Notes: generated by a model from the letters alone, not told the origin. Positions 1 through 16,000 are shown, counted from the stretch's first letter. The stretch: 64,000 nt of DNA from Lingula anatina (GCA_051362555.1 CM120647.1:3720001-3784000), one strand, 5' to 3'. Numbers and translations: made by a program.

Positions 1-1421
1 GACAGATAGATAGATACAGTTGGTAGGTAAATTGCAATTAAGTAGGTAGGAAGTAAGGTAGGTACACGTAGGTAGAAAAGTAGGCACATGTAGGTAGGGA
101 GGAAAGACAGCCTTGGAATTTGGCACAACTTTCTCTGAAATATATTAACAGCGTTCACAAATAATTGTTTGTGGTATTTGACGATACGGGCACACCGAAA
201 ATTATACCATGACCTTAAGATCGTTTGTTTTTACTCCAGATTGTTTAATGCTAAGTGTGAACCGTTTACTGCCGTTGTTTCTCACATTACTTGTTTCAAG
301 AAGAATAACAACCTTATTTTGTCTTGATTTATTTTTCATTTTTTGTTTATTTTCCCAATAAAAAGGTCTGTTATGCAAAATACGCAGCTGGGAAGGTCAC
401 GGTTCTCAACGTGCTAGAACCTTTTTGTAACTTGCTTCAAGCCAATGTGTTTTTTGAAATACCCAACAGTTTAGATCGTGTTTTTTTGCCTCCGTAAATA
501 TGCGAACACCAACATTTTGCAGACATATGAAAATTTACTCAAGGCTGAAGCATTCCAGCGTAAAAACCATAGTAATTCCAAGCACCCATTGCCCTTTGAA
601 TCACCCGTGAATCCTTCTAGAAGATTGCCCAACCACCCGCAATTTCTTTTATAGATTACGACTAAAACACGTGTTTTGTTGGAACGAATTAATTCATGGC
701 TGGGAGTTTCCATATGTGTTTGTATCTATGCAATGTGTTTTTTGTGTTATCAGCTTCTCCGTCTCAACTTTTTTTCTTGTGAAGCACATGTCCATTTGTT
801 TTATTACTGAAAAACAGACGTCTAAATCACAGACACAATTTATCGGGATTGAACATCCACATGGGGTAGGGGATTTTTAGGACCCGTTTCGAAGACTTGT
901 GTCTCGTATACGTTCTCTGCCTCGTTTGACTTATTTTCAAGGTAACTAGATAAACGCGTGTTTATTTAGAATAATGTAACACCTGAAGTACGCTGGTTGC
1001 CTCCTTGGAATTGATTCTTCGCTGAGCTATATAATGCCGATTGTCTCAACGACTGATTTAATTTGAACGATTTGTTTTTATTTTTTATTTCTGCTACGCT
1101 GGGGATATTTTGTATTTCTTTTAACTAAAACCCGGATACATTATATACATTTGTTTGATCCAATTAAACTATTTTCCTAGTTATTTTTATGTTTCTTGTA
1201 TATTTTTTGATTATTCAATTGTATCTTGTTGCCCAATAAACAAGTGACCTTTAGTGTACTCTTTGGATGTGTACGCGCAGTGGTTATAGCAAGACATTTG
1301 GCTGCTTTATTTCCTATTGTTGAATTTGCTTTATCTGAAGAAAAAAGCTATAAATATTCTCATCCCATATCTCCAGCTGACTTTAAAACATTCACTGAAA
1401 TATTTTATACTGATATATTAT

Positions 1422-1592
1422 CGTGTCCTGTGCCTGGAATGGTAGTCTAGGAACCGTAGTCCACTTCCCATTACTTTGTACAGGTGACATTCGTCCCATA
1501 TACTAACCCCAATACTCCAACCAAACCTAACCTGTACTAATCATATGAAAGCCCGGACTTCCATTCCTAGGACTTCCATTCCTGTTACACCG
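1422..1592. mobile_element. Short dispersed TIR element with CCTAAC motifs; other copies at 7994-8124 (inverted) and 40567-40667
   Basis: ggaaccgtagtc...ccattactttgtacaggtgacattcgtcccatatacta...cctaacctgtactaat...gacttccattcct is present as its reverse complement at 8003-8124. The 40567 copy has TIRs tgtgtgacagaaatgg / ccattcatgtcacaca. Confidence 0.7.
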
Positions 1593-2214
1593 ACCATATT
1601 TTTCATTTCTCTTTCAACCACACAAACTAAATATAAATGCTGCAGGCAGATAGGTATGATCTAGCAGTTCTATTGCTTACAGCCACAATTTACATTAGTT
1701 TATGTTTAATAGAACGTATTTGTCTCTTAAAGGTTTTATTCTAGCATTAACGCTTCTATTAATCTAGGTCTATTTCTTTTTTTTTATTAATTGCTTAGCT
1801 TACTGCGCAGTAGAGTGGTCCAATGTTCATCTTATTGCGTCGTGCCAAACAAACATATATATCTTACTACAAGGCTACAGCATGCCTAAATTGCCACATA
1901 TATCAATTTTTAAGATTATGAGATATCAAACCCGCTATTTATCTGAAATTGCAACCATAATTCTTACGATATTTGTTTATGTCAAAATCTGAGCAGCCCA
2001 TCACTAGCGTAAATTAAAAAACAATGTCATTTGAGGTGAATTTTGTTAATGAAATGGAAATTGCCTTTTTAATTAGTTTTTGTTTCAGAATAACGTTTAG
2101 CCTATCAGTCAGGCCACGATAGTCTCGCGAGATTTGAGATATTGGGCAGTGCTTTGATCGGAAATACACGACAAGGTTTCATAGGTTCACAGCCCGAGGG
2201 ACCCCTATATGTAA

Positions 2215-2428
2215 GGGCGCATTCCCATAGATTTTAGATCGATCTATCCCCGTGGGGAGTCTCACTAGATTACTGTCAGATAATCCGGCTTAAATGTCCG
2301 TCCCGCCTACTAAAAGCTGTAAGGGGGTAATTAACTACCGTGCGCGCTCGGCTGACAGCTATTTAGCGTGAACCCCCAGGGAGTTAGGTCGATCTAGTTG
2401 GATCTATCTAATCTCTGGGAATGGGGTC
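2215..2428. mobile_element. Degenerate Tourist/PIF-Harbinger-like MITE, same family as 30187-30442
   Basis: Shares the core cctact.aagctgt.agggggtaattaacta and the terminus ggaatggggtc with the 30187 element; imperfect TIRs. Confidence 0.7.
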
Positions 2429-3068
2429 TATCCCTATCAAATCGTTAGCAACGACCTCTATCGTTCTCGCTAGGTCGTTGACCCGATTCGTTTTAGTGGT
2501 TCACCATGTTAAGCAAATCTATTGATGTGATAGAACCACGACGTCATCTTTGTGTGGAGATTGTATTACGGGACAACCCCTCCTCGAACGTTTGTATTGG
2601 TATTTTGTTGAGACAGTATATACACGTAGTTATTTGATGAAATGTTTACAATGCCGATAACGAACGGTATCATAGTCAGACATTCCATTAATCGTCACCA
2701 TCAGATGTTTTTGTACAATGTCCTATTGATTGACAACACTATCAAATATTATTAATTTAGAATGGACAAAAATCTGGTAAACGAATTACTGCGATTGACG
2801 TTCAGTATGCGAATTGCTGCAATATACCCAGATATGTAAAAGGGATGGGCGAACACGTGGAACTTACTGTATGCTTTCTGAGTGTCTTAACCTTGAGATG
2901 TAATAAAGATGGTATATTTATGACATTATCAAACATGCGAGAACATCTTCCTCGGCTTAAGGGTAATTTATGCCTTAGAAAGTCGGTATATTTGTTTTAA
3001 ATCACATCCGGGTGTGAAATCGAAACGGGACAAGTGTTTTAGTAGGTTTGGATTGGTTTGGGGCACAT

Positions 3069-3172
<104 letters not shown>

Positions 3173-5100
3173 TTTCATTTACATCTCTGAGATATCTCAT
3201 TTTGAAATTGATCAGAAAACGCCAAATTTAATTTTTAACATTTCATGGATATACGTATGCATAAAAGAAATACCAGTTCTTTGATTTTGCAACTTTTCTA
3301 CTTTTAAATGTTGGGTACAATATTAGTCTTACCATCTAAATCATGCAAAGTAAAAATATAAACTCAAACAATGCGTGTGCTTTCCCATGTAAGATTTAAG
3401 TATGTATTGAGGTCTGTCAAACAAGGAAAGGATTCCCAGTAGTTTCCTTGCGTTCTGATGGTCAAAATAAATGTTTCCTAATGCAATGTGTATATTGCAC
3501 AGTTAACGGCATTTTTGTCGAAATGCATATGTTACATGTAACTGTGCATGGATGCACGTTCACAGTGGCGCTTAAACAAGAGGAAACTTGCCAGTAATAA
3601 AAAAAAGTACTCCTGAACCAAACTAAGATAAATCGATGATGTATAGGTATTTCTTATACAGTCTTCAAGCACGCGAACTCTATGCCCCCCACGTGTGGCA
3701 AATCGTTAAATTGCCATGTTACCGTTTTTCTTATTACTACAAATCATCTGTAGTAGTTGAAATGACCTTTAGGCTTCCACTGAGTTATTATTTACGATGC
3801 TAAAAGAGCAAACCAGTGCTGTACGATTATGCAGTCTTACCGAGTGCTTAATGTTCAGCTTATTATTAGATGACTGTATGTATACCCGACTCTGTTATAC
3901 AACTGCTTTATTCTTTTATTACTAATGTGGAGTGTTCGAGTCGAGCTTTGATACGGAATCAAAAGAATTTGTTGGGGCACAGTCACAGAATTAAAGCATC
4001 TCGATTCTGTATTTCAGTCAAGCGCACAGCTTTAAGTATTAACATCTGAAGACACTGAAGGCGATGCTTTTTTTCTTCAATTAATAGTCCAGCTAATCAG
4101 CTTTAAGGGTCTGGATGACATTTTCGCATTTGCTGAGTTATTTCACGCCAAGTTAAAAAGGCTGTGAAGCACTCGCCGTGTATCTATATACCGCAGAGCA
4201 CTCAAGCGCGTCTTTTTCATATTTTTTCTTAAGTGATTATGTCGGTTTATCGCTGTGAAAAATGCTACTACTATTGCTAAATCAACCATAGTAGTCAGAC
4301 GATCTTTGGGCGTCTGTTAAGGCTGATATGAAAATATAAGTGGCTTGGAAGTGTTCATTTGCTGCTAAGAAGCAGATGGTACATGTTTTTGGATAGTGTT
4401 GATTAAGTACCTCGGTATCTTTGTTGGGTTCTACCTTTAATTCACACGATAGGCCTACTTTCTATTCCAAGACCGAAGTTGAAATATGTCTTCATTTTAT
4501 TTGTGTCGTATGCCATTTTATTCGCTTTCTTTCAAGGGTGTGTATCTAACCTTCCCCGTTCTCCTATGTTAAAGTAACGGCGGATATGGGAGAGGGGGGG
4601 GGGGCGGCCTTTTCTCTGTTCTTTAGTTTTCAAAGCACGCCCTTCTCCTTTTTCCCTCAAAAAGATATTACGAACGAAATCAGATTATAAACTTGGTAAT
4701 TTCTGAGCCCTACAAACTGTACATCTGGTAGAATTGTCTATTATTGTTTTAAATTTACCTAGCTGTGGCCCATTTAAAATGGTGCGGTACAGTAAACTCT
4801 ACCCTTCCATGTAACTTGTCCACAGAAGCATCCGTCTGCTGAAAGGCACATATAAACCGAGCAACCGCGGATTTCAAGTAACACATGTAACCCGCTTCTA
4901 TTAGTTTCTTATACGCCTCAAATAAAGTCGACATGCCAAAGGATGAACTAAATAAATCACTCTATCAACCATAAAAGAGCTATAAACTGCTCCTTTCTTC
5001 AATTTTTGGTCGTAAAAATCTGCTACCTGACCTACTTATCTGCCCTTTATATATACAGCATAGAAAGCTAGCAGAAAAATTCGTACACATATCATTTTTG

Positions 5101-5102
<2 letters not shown>

Positions 5103-5135
<33 letters not shown>

Positions 5136-5151
5136 TAATAATAATAATAAT
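5103..5151. repeat. (TAA)n microsatellite
   Basis: Directly visible. Confidence 0.97.
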
Positions 5152-8100
5152 ATGAAGCGATGTTTTTGTTTGGTAATTCTCTTAGTACTACTACTACAAA
5201 ATGTTTAAATCCCAGCTTTCGAATTTCTTTTTTGTGTATGTAAACTAAGGTCAGGAAGAGCATTGGATGTTTCTCAATTTGTCATTTGATGATAGGTGGA
5301 TAAAGACATCGTATCGGCCGTTAAGTATTTATCAGACAAGTTTAACGCTCAATTTCAGATTTCTGCGTTGATATCCGCAAATTGGTAATAACCAATCAGA
5401 AGTCGCGCTTTGGCCTGGGAACGGTTTCTCCTTGAACTCTGCGTTTGTAATCTCCTCTTCACTTCTACTTCCAGATTCCGATACATTTGATAAAGTGGAA
5501 CATATGTCAGAATGATATACCTGCCTGTAAGATATTTCCTTGATACATTTTTTTCCTGTGGCCTAGAATGAAGTTAAACAAGTTATCCTTTCCAGATGGT
5601 TTGTTGAGAAACTGTTTCAAGTGCGGGTTTTTATTATTTTTTTGAGTTAACCTATAATTTGTTGGAGTGGGTTGTAATTTTATGACCTGAAAAGGGGTTT
5701 GCATTACTAGTCAGGTATAAGCACAGGATATACATGTGTATAGGAAAAATAGGGAAGGCTTAAGCGGATAAACATCCCACGAAATGTCATTTTGTGTCTC
5801 CTTGATCTAAACCGACTTAAAAAAAATGACATACAAATTAAACGAATTGGACAAACTCAAGTATGATGTTCAAAATTTAGCCGATAACGGCACTGTTTAT
5901 TGAAAGTCTCTCTGATGAAAGAAATGAACGCCAAACTTCCCTTTAACCAGATTGACTTTAACATGAGGCCAAGCAGCTATAATCAATAGCTCAAAACAAG
6001 TTAATTGGTTTAGGTATCCGTATGGGGTTTTCTGTCCTCAGACCATTGCCCTTACTAACATATTATCCTTAACCAATCCACTTTGATCTAGCCACTCGAC
6101 TGCCCTCAGGTTCCACCCTGCCTACTCCGTCCCGCAGCTGCCATCTGCTATGCCACCCCCTATTACCTCCCCTGTAATGTACTAATTCTTAAAATCCTTT
6201 TTATTTATCATTATGAAACTGTTTTTCTTGTGTCCATCATCAATAGATATGTATTAGTCAATCGGTTATATGGTTTGGTTCTCTTAAGATGAGCATTTAA
6301 TGCTTAAAGCGATTTGCCATCTTCATACGTACATATATACTATTATATAATTCTCATGAACTACAAAATATGTTTAAAAAAAAACATTCCACTACTTGAA
6401 AAGAGGCGTACCAATTGCACATCTATGTATTCATGTCTCAGTTATGAGATTGATTTAGTCCCAGTGGGCCAGAAACATTTGACCGGCCTGACCGCGGCGC
6501 CATATCACATCATCGTGATCGATACCCGGTCGATAATCGCAAGGACCTTTGTTGAACTCAATACCCAAGCGTGCCGACCTATGGCCCCTTGCTTCTGAAA
6601 CCGAATTGCTACATAAAAGTACGGTGAATAATTACACATCCGGGGTATTTCCATTCGTATTAGCTGTAATAAAGAATATCCAAGAACATATTTCAGTGAA
6701 GTATATATGTAGTGGCCACCCGGAGACATAAACCATAAATATCTGAATCATGACATCATTGTAATGGTAATATGACGTCAATGTGACGTATCCAGGTCGA
6801 AGTGACAACTTGTACGTACCTGTTGGTAGGTACGCACAAGCTCTAGTTATATACCATACTATTTTCCGTATACATTTTAAACAATCAAAAGAGGGATAAA
6901 ATGGCTAAAACATTCTTGGCGCAATTATGTACATGGAAATGTCAAATCCATCATGCGCTATGACTTCTCAATTACCTAAATAGAACCAGTGACTGAAACA
7001 ATATATTGACCATCGGAATCCTATCTCTTGTTGCCGCAGATATTTCATTACTTTGGACATCAAAGATACTGGCGTCGTTATTGATTATCTTTCAGAATAT
7101 TTTCATTACTGTTATAAATCATTCCATACACCTTTCATTTTACAAAACTGGGTTTTAGTAGCGAATGAGTAGAAGCAAAAGTCAACCTGTCCTGCGGGAT
7201 CTATTGCGCTGTATTTGGTGTTACATTTGCCCACATCAATTTAGGTTCAGAAATAAAAAAAAAATCATGTCTGGTGGTTGATATTAAAGCGAAAAAGATG
7301 CACAAGTGTATGTGCTGTCAAATAAAGCATTTCAGCTCAGCTCTTGTTATTCTATACTGGCCTCTGCACTGACGGGTACAAAGTTTTTTTTTTACCAGAG
7401 TATAATTCCACAGTTCTCATCGTGAAATGATGCCATCAGCACTTAGTAGATGTTTGTCGTTACAAATATCCAGCGCAGCGCAATTAAGCAGGGATACTAA
7501 ATTCATCTGCTTTATGTTTCTTCTCCAGGACTAGTATCTGTCAATACATAATAAGCTTCAGAAACAAATTTCATCAATTGTCGAACTTTATTATAGTGCA
7601 AAGAAGGAATTTGAAATTGACGATGCATGAACTACATCGTACCATGAAGTCAGTTAATATAACCATTTTGTACCAGCTCCAAAAGATGAACGATTAAAAA
7701 AATAATTCAACGAAGGGAATAACCTGGAAAGAAGATATCTCATAGCCCGAGTCATTCCGCTGAAGGTTTACCGCAAATGTCGAAATATGCAAATTGGAAT
7801 CTGTTTTGCTCGAATTTCTTGAAAATTTTGTTTAGTCTTAAAACGGCCCTGAATTCAACGGAACTAGGTATGGCCTTGGTTTCAATTCATCCGACAAAAA
7901 TTGCCCCCGAAACGCCATCGTTTCCTCTCCATATTGACTTCAGTGGCTGGGATGAAGTCAGAGCAGGCAGGGTTTACCGCTTTTTGCCAATCCCGGTGTG
8001 ACAGGAATGGAAGTCTGGGGTCCCATATAATTAGTACAGGTTAGGGTTAGTCGTAGTATCGGGGCTAGTATATGGGACGAATGTTACCTGTACAAAGTAA

Positions 8101-11100
8101 TGGGCAGCAGACTACGGTTCCTAGCGGACTCCGGCAAGGTAGACGGCTTTTAGCCAATTCAGGAACTGGAACCATATACCCATCCATTTATCAACAGACA
8201 TACGTCATTTATTTTCGAAAACCTTGAAAAGTCGTGATTATACTTTTCCAATCAACTTCCGCCTCAACAAACGCTCTAATTCAAATTATTTATTGATAAA
8301 TATGTAGCATTGTTAATTAATGACAATAACCTTCCTTGTAGAACATGGGCTCAACGACAATTTGTTTATACACAGTCATTACTCACGCGTACATGATCTC
8401 AGCACGGAAACGTTCCTGATACATAAACAATTCACCGGTTGACTGAATATCGAATGTGAGATATTCTGGTGATTGCAGTAATCGAAGTCAGTTTTGTTAA
8501 TTTAGAAAAGTTCAATGTCTGGCATTGAGTGTTGTCTTCCAACTCGATGTAGGACCTACGAATAGCTAGTTTGGTTACTTTCCCAAGAGGGGTAACTTAT
8601 GTAACGTTTATAATTGCATGGTAATACAGAAGAGATAGATTCCCTAGTGGTGGCAAGGGCATGATTCAGTTATACTGTCTAAATTGAAAACTCTGAGAAA
8701 AGTCATAATTAAAGTAGTGTAACAGTGAGAATTGTGGTAAATACTGGTAGGTTACACGATCGGATTTCGAATAGTTGCAGCTATTTGTTTATTTATTTAA
8801 GGTGATGAAACCTGCCTGGAACAGTATCAGCGGTAATGATCCAGTTGTTGCCCGCAAATAAATTATTAAGCCGTTAGTTTCAGAGATCATATATACATTT
8901 TCAAAACTTTGAAATGGTTGGTTCCCGTGTCTATACTTGAAAAGATATTCAAACATTTTTACCAGTCTTAACGCGTGTATATAGTGTACATGAACAGGCT
9001 ACACCTGTATAGCAGTAGAAATGTATCACTAGAAACCGGGAGCAGAATACTCCATTACACGTTACAAGTGTTTTGCAAACAGACAAATAAATAACAGTAT
9101 TGGCTACGTAACCCTGTGCGGTTATGCACATTTTGATAGGCAAAATTGTATTAATGTTAATTTACTCGATAATATTGGATTACACTTGCATTAAAGACCT
9201 TGGCATATAGGATTGAATGTTTGCGTAATACAAGCACATTAGTCTGTTACATGAATCTTAAGAGGGGCTGACATTTCGAAAATGGATCAATCTCAAAGTA
9301 ACGAGTATGAGAGCTGGCAGTTACGGAATTTCCCCGTCGGAATCCATCAGGCGTATCTCTTCCACAAACCAAGGCTAATTAGTTCTGGTTCCTTGCCGCC
9401 ATTTGTCATATGCAGGTACCCAGGTAGACTTCATTACCTCACACAGAGCCCTGGCGGATTCAGGGTATCGGGGACATTTTTCTCTCCGGCTTTGCATCCA
9501 CCGCCCTGATGCGAATAATCATATGTGGATTAGACAGTCAAATGCAATATCCTTGGAGCAGTTTATTAGCTTTGAAGTTGTACTTCCGTCTATCCTGCGG
9601 CAGCAACTGCCGTGTGAATTACTGAATCCATCAGTTGGAAGCTGACATTTAAAACATGCAATGCACCTTAGACTTAATAGCGACACACGCATTTTCTTAG
9701 AAATTGCAACATTTTCCCCTTTAGTTTAAACTACAAGGTATACATGTACTTAACCCAATACCCTTAGGAAAATAACGTGCACCTGTTCTCGTCTACATTA
9801 CGAGAGTGAGTAAAAGAAATGGAACTTGGGTGTATTTGGAAGAGTGAGATATACCATGGCGAGTAAAAGATAATTTTTAGAATTTTCTAGGAAAAATTCA
9901 TTTCGGTGTATAAAGGCAGAGAGCATGTTGCATGTATTCTTTGTACTTGCACTCAGTGATTGGTTGGAAAATGCTTTTACAAATTTGCCCGCAAAAGCAC
10001 ATGGACAACGATTAAGAAAAGTATCAATTTGGAAGCAAAAGCACATGGATAACGATTAAGAAAAGAATCAATTTGAAGGCAATATCGTGTAATCTCTTTT
10101 ATCCAGCGTTACCAAATTATCTCTGAACTGATACATCCATCTCGACTGCAAGAGAAATTCGCCAGCACTTCACCACGCGTTCAGCTGAAAGCTCGCATTA
10201 AGCGCCGTCTGTTGCATTCATTTTCATCACACGTGAACTTTATGAACACGGAAATAAAGGTGTTAAATGCTGATCCGACATTAAGATAGTAATTCATTCC
10301 CCATATAGACGAATATTGGACAAGGCAGTTACGCAATAGACTTGCCAGTATCGATAGAACGCCTGTGGATATTCAATCAGCGTCGATCGCGACGGTTTTC
10401 CGGTTTGTAGGCCCGATGTAAGTGAGCGTCAATTAATATATTAGAATGCGTGCTGAATACGTCCAATCAGGCACCGATCATAAAGACACCTTTTTTTTTA
10501 TCTTCGTTTGAATGTTTTTTGACATATTTTCATGTTTCCTTTTCATTTATTTCAAGGAAGTGAAGTTAAAATACAATCGGCCGCATATACTTTTAGGCGT
10601 GACTGTTTAGTCGCTCCCAGGAACCCTATCTCTGCAATTGCGATTGGATACCCTGGCAGAGTAATCGTTTTTCCCAGACTTCCTAGTAATGGACCTGCTT
10701 TAAAGATAATAACTTGATTTAAGCGGCAGAAATGGTGATCGCTTTTATGTGGTTCTAATTAGATTGAATGGATTCTGTATGTTTGTAAACCTAGCCATTC
10801 CACTTATCTTCGCTGCTACTATTAAAACGCCAGGTGCATAAGTGGTAGTATGATGAAATGGCAAAGACGGATAAGGTGGGGGGGGGGGGGGGGGGGGGGG
10901 TGACAGAATGTACATGCTTAATCTCAAGTCGTTTTTGCAAAGAATGGTTGAAAAACCGAGACTGATTTTTTTACCCCAGCGTATAACGCCGCACCTACCA
11001 GTGACATAAAAATTTAGCCTTGAACCGGTGAGTATACTAATGTTAAGGCCATGAGATAGGTTACCTACCAGGACGTTGTTGATTTTTCAAACCAATACCC

Positions 11101-12820
11101 CAGTGTTCTCTGATCACCGTCTCATGGCGAATTTATGGTGCAAAATTACTGTCATTGATCCGTTTAATAACTATTGCCAGAGACGGTCCATAAGCCACGC
11201 ACTGCAGCTCCGGTCGAGAAATATCTTGCTTCGATCCACGCCAACTATCAGTATATGCCTCGTTATTATTTTTTGGTCCCCTTGGCCCGAAAATCGAGTT
11301 AGTTATGGTTCGTATGATCAATCTACTAAGTTGTGTTATTTCGCAAGTATTGAGTATTGGTGTCTACTCGCCACTTATTTGATACATGACGAATGGAAGC
11401 AGAATTAAACGTGACTTACGGTGGTTTATTAATCGATGATAGCTGCACCATTTTGTGGTTTCCAGTCGGCCTTGGAAATTTATGATTTAATGATATAAAA
11501 ATTAAGTGCCTCGCTTTTCTTTCAAATAACTTCTATATGCAATAAACATCGATGTCATTTCAATGCTAACCAATATTTGCATTTGGAATATTAAGTTATT
11601 GTTATTGAATTAGTGGCTAGGCGGTTTGAACTTTTAGTTAATCGTAACGAAGCATTGCTGTTTGTGTTTAATCTTAATTTACAAATAAATTCCAGGAAAC
11701 TGTCATCAAATAGCGCTGGTGCAATTTACCCAACAATGGAATTAAGGCAGTTGTAAAATAGATGTCCTCGTAAAAGATTTTATATAATGTCCTAATTCAC
11801 CTAGGTCAATATCACGCCTTTTAGGAGGATCTAATTCGCTGTGTTTATTCCACATGCATACAAGCATGAGAAGCGTGTCTATTTAAAAGACGGTAAGTCC
11901 TCTAGTTTTTTAAAATAATTTTCATGATCAAAACCGAGATAATAACACAATAATGAGGATCTATTCCGCTGTTTATATTCCACATGCATACAAGCATTAC
12001 AAGTATATCTATTGAAAAGACGCTTTAATGAATCCAATGATCATAACCAAAAAAAAAAAAAAAAAAAAAAATGATACAATTACATTTATTTTGTTAAACC
12101 AAAATAAAAATTAAGATTAAAACCTTTGTATATGGCGGTTTACGTACTCTGTAAATCAGAAACGATCAAATTAAAACTTTTGACTCGTATCGCCTAGAGA
12201 AAACATAATCACTCGCGGACTGAGATTTCAGAAGAGGTTTTCCTTAATTGAAAAAAGCTTTGTAACTCTCACCCGGAGCTAAAAACCAAACATCCAGAGG
12301 GGGAAATCCATGTATCGATTTTATTTTCCACTTGAAGTCTGACATTTCTCCAAACAGATGTCACGATCAGTTCCCCGATGTTTCCATCGGCCATGTGCGC
12401 CAAGCTTATGGTTTCCGCTTACAAAGAAACACATGTTTAACAAGCCCCTTATATACTAGGGGTATCGCTTTTATCCAAATGTCTTTTAAGATTAGTAGAC
12501 AAAGTGGTATCTCACAGAGTATAGAAGACCACGTTTTTTATGTGGCTAGATGTGCTGGGAAACGCGTCCTTGGAGGAAATCGATACGCTTTGCCTTGCTG
12601 ATTAGAGCGATGGTCCTAACCTGTATTCTCCGTTGGAAACTCGTTTGCAGAAGAAATCCATCGTGTCACAATTTTTCGCTATTGTCTTGAATCACATTAT
12701 TCACCATTTTACATTTTTTTGTTTTTCTCAAATGCTAAAGGACATTTTTTTGGTTTTACAATGAACTGATTTTGAATATAATTACCAGTAAAATATATAT
12801 GGCACATTGTTTTAGTCTAA

Positions 12821-13028
12821 GGCCATATTCACAATCGAAGTTGATCCGCGGACTAACAAACCCGTGGATCAAAAATGGCCGACCCACTTGAAAGCCTGCC
12901 GCATAATCCCGACGGGGAATCTATACAGTGTCTATTAGGGGCTTATGCGACAAGCTTTCAAGTGGATCGGCCATATTTGATCCGCAGATCTGTTAGTCCA
13001 CGGATCAACCTTAGATGTAAATGCGGCC
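12821..13028. mobile_element. Palindromic Tourist-like MITE
   Basis: The left arm ggccatattcacaatcgaagttgatccgcggactaaca pairs with tgttagtccacggatcaaccttagatgtaaatgcggcc; flanked by TAA and TTA. Confidence 0.8.
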
Positions 13029-16000
13029 TTAAATTTCCATCGTAGCCTCCAAAGGGCGTTGAAACGCCAGGTTTCAGGGCGTCAGATCGTAAAGAACATT
13101 GCACTGGAATAGCATCAGTTCTATTGAGTAATTTAGAGGCACTTTGCCATGGAAAAAAGGTTGCGTGAAAAATCAACAAATATATAATAGAAAAGGAAGG
13201 GGTGCTGATGTACCAATAAGTGGAACCTTACCAAACAGTTAGCGAAAAAAACATCAGATCTAAGCAAAACGCCAGCAGGTGTAGAAATATTAAAATGCCT
13301 TGGGACCCTTGATAAAGATGCATGCGCAGTAGGTTCATATTGTGTGTCACGTACACATATCTGGAACTGAGTTTAGGAGATTTTTAACAAAACCGGTTTT
13401 GTCTTAGTTCAAGGCGCAGACGTCTACAACGGTATTTGTCTTTTGTCTTTGACCTTCTGAGGACTCGGAAGAACAAGTGACAGTCACAGATGGTCGGAAT
13501 ACATAGAGATGTAAATTTGTCATTTTTCACCGAAGTTAGAAAACTTATGAATTGATTGATTGATTGATTTTTTCATCTTTTATATCAATGAAACGTGATA
13601 CATTGTTCTTACATTACGGAATGCATACTGTTAATCAGGAGAACTACTGCAGTGCCAATTTATCCGAGTCGCTTGATGTGATTGCGATTTAATCTCGTCA
13701 TTTACCGAGCCATTTTCAGCCAGCATCAACTTGCTCGATTAAAACAGTTTCATTAAATCGAACAATTTAAAGCCGATGAACTGACTCAACAGATAAAGGC
13801 ACTGATAAGGATGCCCCTTGAGTTGAATGAGCCTAACTGACGCATTAAGCTGATTCAGAGCAGAAAAAAGAAAACAATTAATTCTCTCTCTCGGTACAAA
13901 TGGAGGCCATTCATTTTATGAAGCCGTACCATTTATTTCATTCCCTGATAGGTTTAAGATATGCAACGTGATTTTGCAGATGGATATTGAACTAATATTA
14001 TATTTCTGTACAGTCTTCTGCCATTTTAATCAAGTGGCATAGATTCATAAAGTGCTAGCAATAGTTTTGTATGGTGAACGCCGTTTACCAGTGAGCAAAG
14101 GTAATATTAGTGGTCAATGGGTTGTCAACAGAACACGTCTTGTTTTTTTTTCCTTTTTTAATACAAGAATCTAAAATCTTGTCTATTATAGATAACCTAA
14201 ACATGAAATATGTTTCACATTGTTAGGAGAAGATGCACTATGGACCAGATGTGGAGACATAAACACATCAATGTTTTTATTATTTTCTGATTCTGCAGAA
14301 AACGGAACACATTTCCTTATCACACATTGCTTAGCGTAGATGAAGGCCTGCAACATTACGTCAGACAAAAATGTTTTAATACACCAAGTCGAACCCAATA
14401 CGCATCATTAATTGTTAAAACGTGGAATTTCAAAAAATGGTCATCACGCCGCCAAAACGTCATATCGCAAAACATCATTTCGGTGATCAAAATGGTTTGT
14501 TGCAGCATATTAGATGCGTTATATGGACTATCGCACTTTACGTGGTCTCCTTGCATAAAAAAATCTCCCTCAGTTGTTTGCGAAACAGTTACAAAACCAC
14601 TATTTCCAAAATGGCATGACGGCATGACAGATATGACCATTGTCTTGGTTTATATGTTAAGTAAAGGTCTATTTATGTTGGCGAGTGTAGGGAATTATAT
14701 AACAATGGTTATGCAGGAAAAGCTACATTAATCGAAACAGCCACGACGTTCAGAAGCAAATTCCCACTTGGGCAGCAGTGATCGAATCACTTCGTTTTAA
14801 TAAGTCTGATTGCTATATTGAAACTTAAAGTAAACGTTCTAACACTCTTTGAGATACTTGTTGAGTTAGACAAAGCACAAGAAGTTACAGTGTGTGAAAG
14901 CTGGCTTGCAATGAAAAAAAAAAGTTCAAATGAATCTTATTCAACAGCTGGGCTACGGTTGCATGATGTGTTTTATGTTGCTATGTTGCACACCTCAAAG
15001 TCAGGTCTGAAACCCACAGTATACTAGGAAACATTCTGATATGAAAATCAATGATTTATGTCTCCATCTACTGTAAACCGGTCCTGTTTTTACCCCCGAA
15101 CCCAAACGCCGAGTGAATGCAAGGACGTTCGGTGTAATTGTTAAACTCTTCTAGTATTGGTGTCTTTGGGTGATACAAATACTTAACTGCAGCTTATACA
15201 TTAAATGATTTGGTGTACTGTATAAACACTATAAACATCATGATGATAATAATGGGACATTATTGGCATCATGTCCCACACAGATTATTCATCAGTATAA
15301 TAATAATAAGCTTATAAGGTAGGACTGTACCCAAATAGGGCCAAAAATCACTTTTTATAGATAAAATCAACAGCAATGTTTTTTTTAATCCCTGAACCCC
15401 TTTTGTAGTACTTTATTCAAGCGTTATAATACCATTAAAATTATGTTTTAGCTGTCCAGGTGCCTGGGGAAATCAGGAAACCGAAAAAGATGTTTTCCCC
15501 CAAAAAAAATCCCAATATTACGCCAAACGATGAACTTGGAGCTGTGTTTTAAGCATGAATATGTGTTTTGAAGATACATTAAATGTATACAATGTATGAA
15601 TAAAAAGCTAAGACCTTTAATTTAAGATAAAATCTCCAACCTGCAGTCCTACCTAAAAGTAATGATGATACCGCTAAACGTTAAACGAAGTACCCCCTGT
15701 GACATTGCTTCCATTTTTATCTGCAATCTGCATTGTTCTTTATACTGGATGCAACAAGGTTTCTCGTTTCCATAGATAAGGTCGAAACCCTCACATGTGC
15801 AAGAAGAATGGGGTTTTCAGGGACAATACCTCAAAATGAAAGTGACTCTGTCGGCCTAACTTAGGTATATAAAGCGTTTGCTCTGATAGAATATTTATAG
15901 AACTAGCTTTTTGGAAGAGGCTGTTGCTGTTGCCACGTTAAACTATTGAAATCATTTCACAAGTCAGCGCATGCATCATGTACGGCGACATTCACTTCCA

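Noticed and set aside
9995-12021. Small local duplications (about 43 bp near 9995, about 65 bp near 11826/11956; similar ones near 32001 and 40963)
   Set aside because: Ordinary slippage-type duplications with no sign of function.
14186-14731. Cluster of overlapping ORFs up to 134 aa
   Set aside because: No domain or splice support; probably a repeat remnant.
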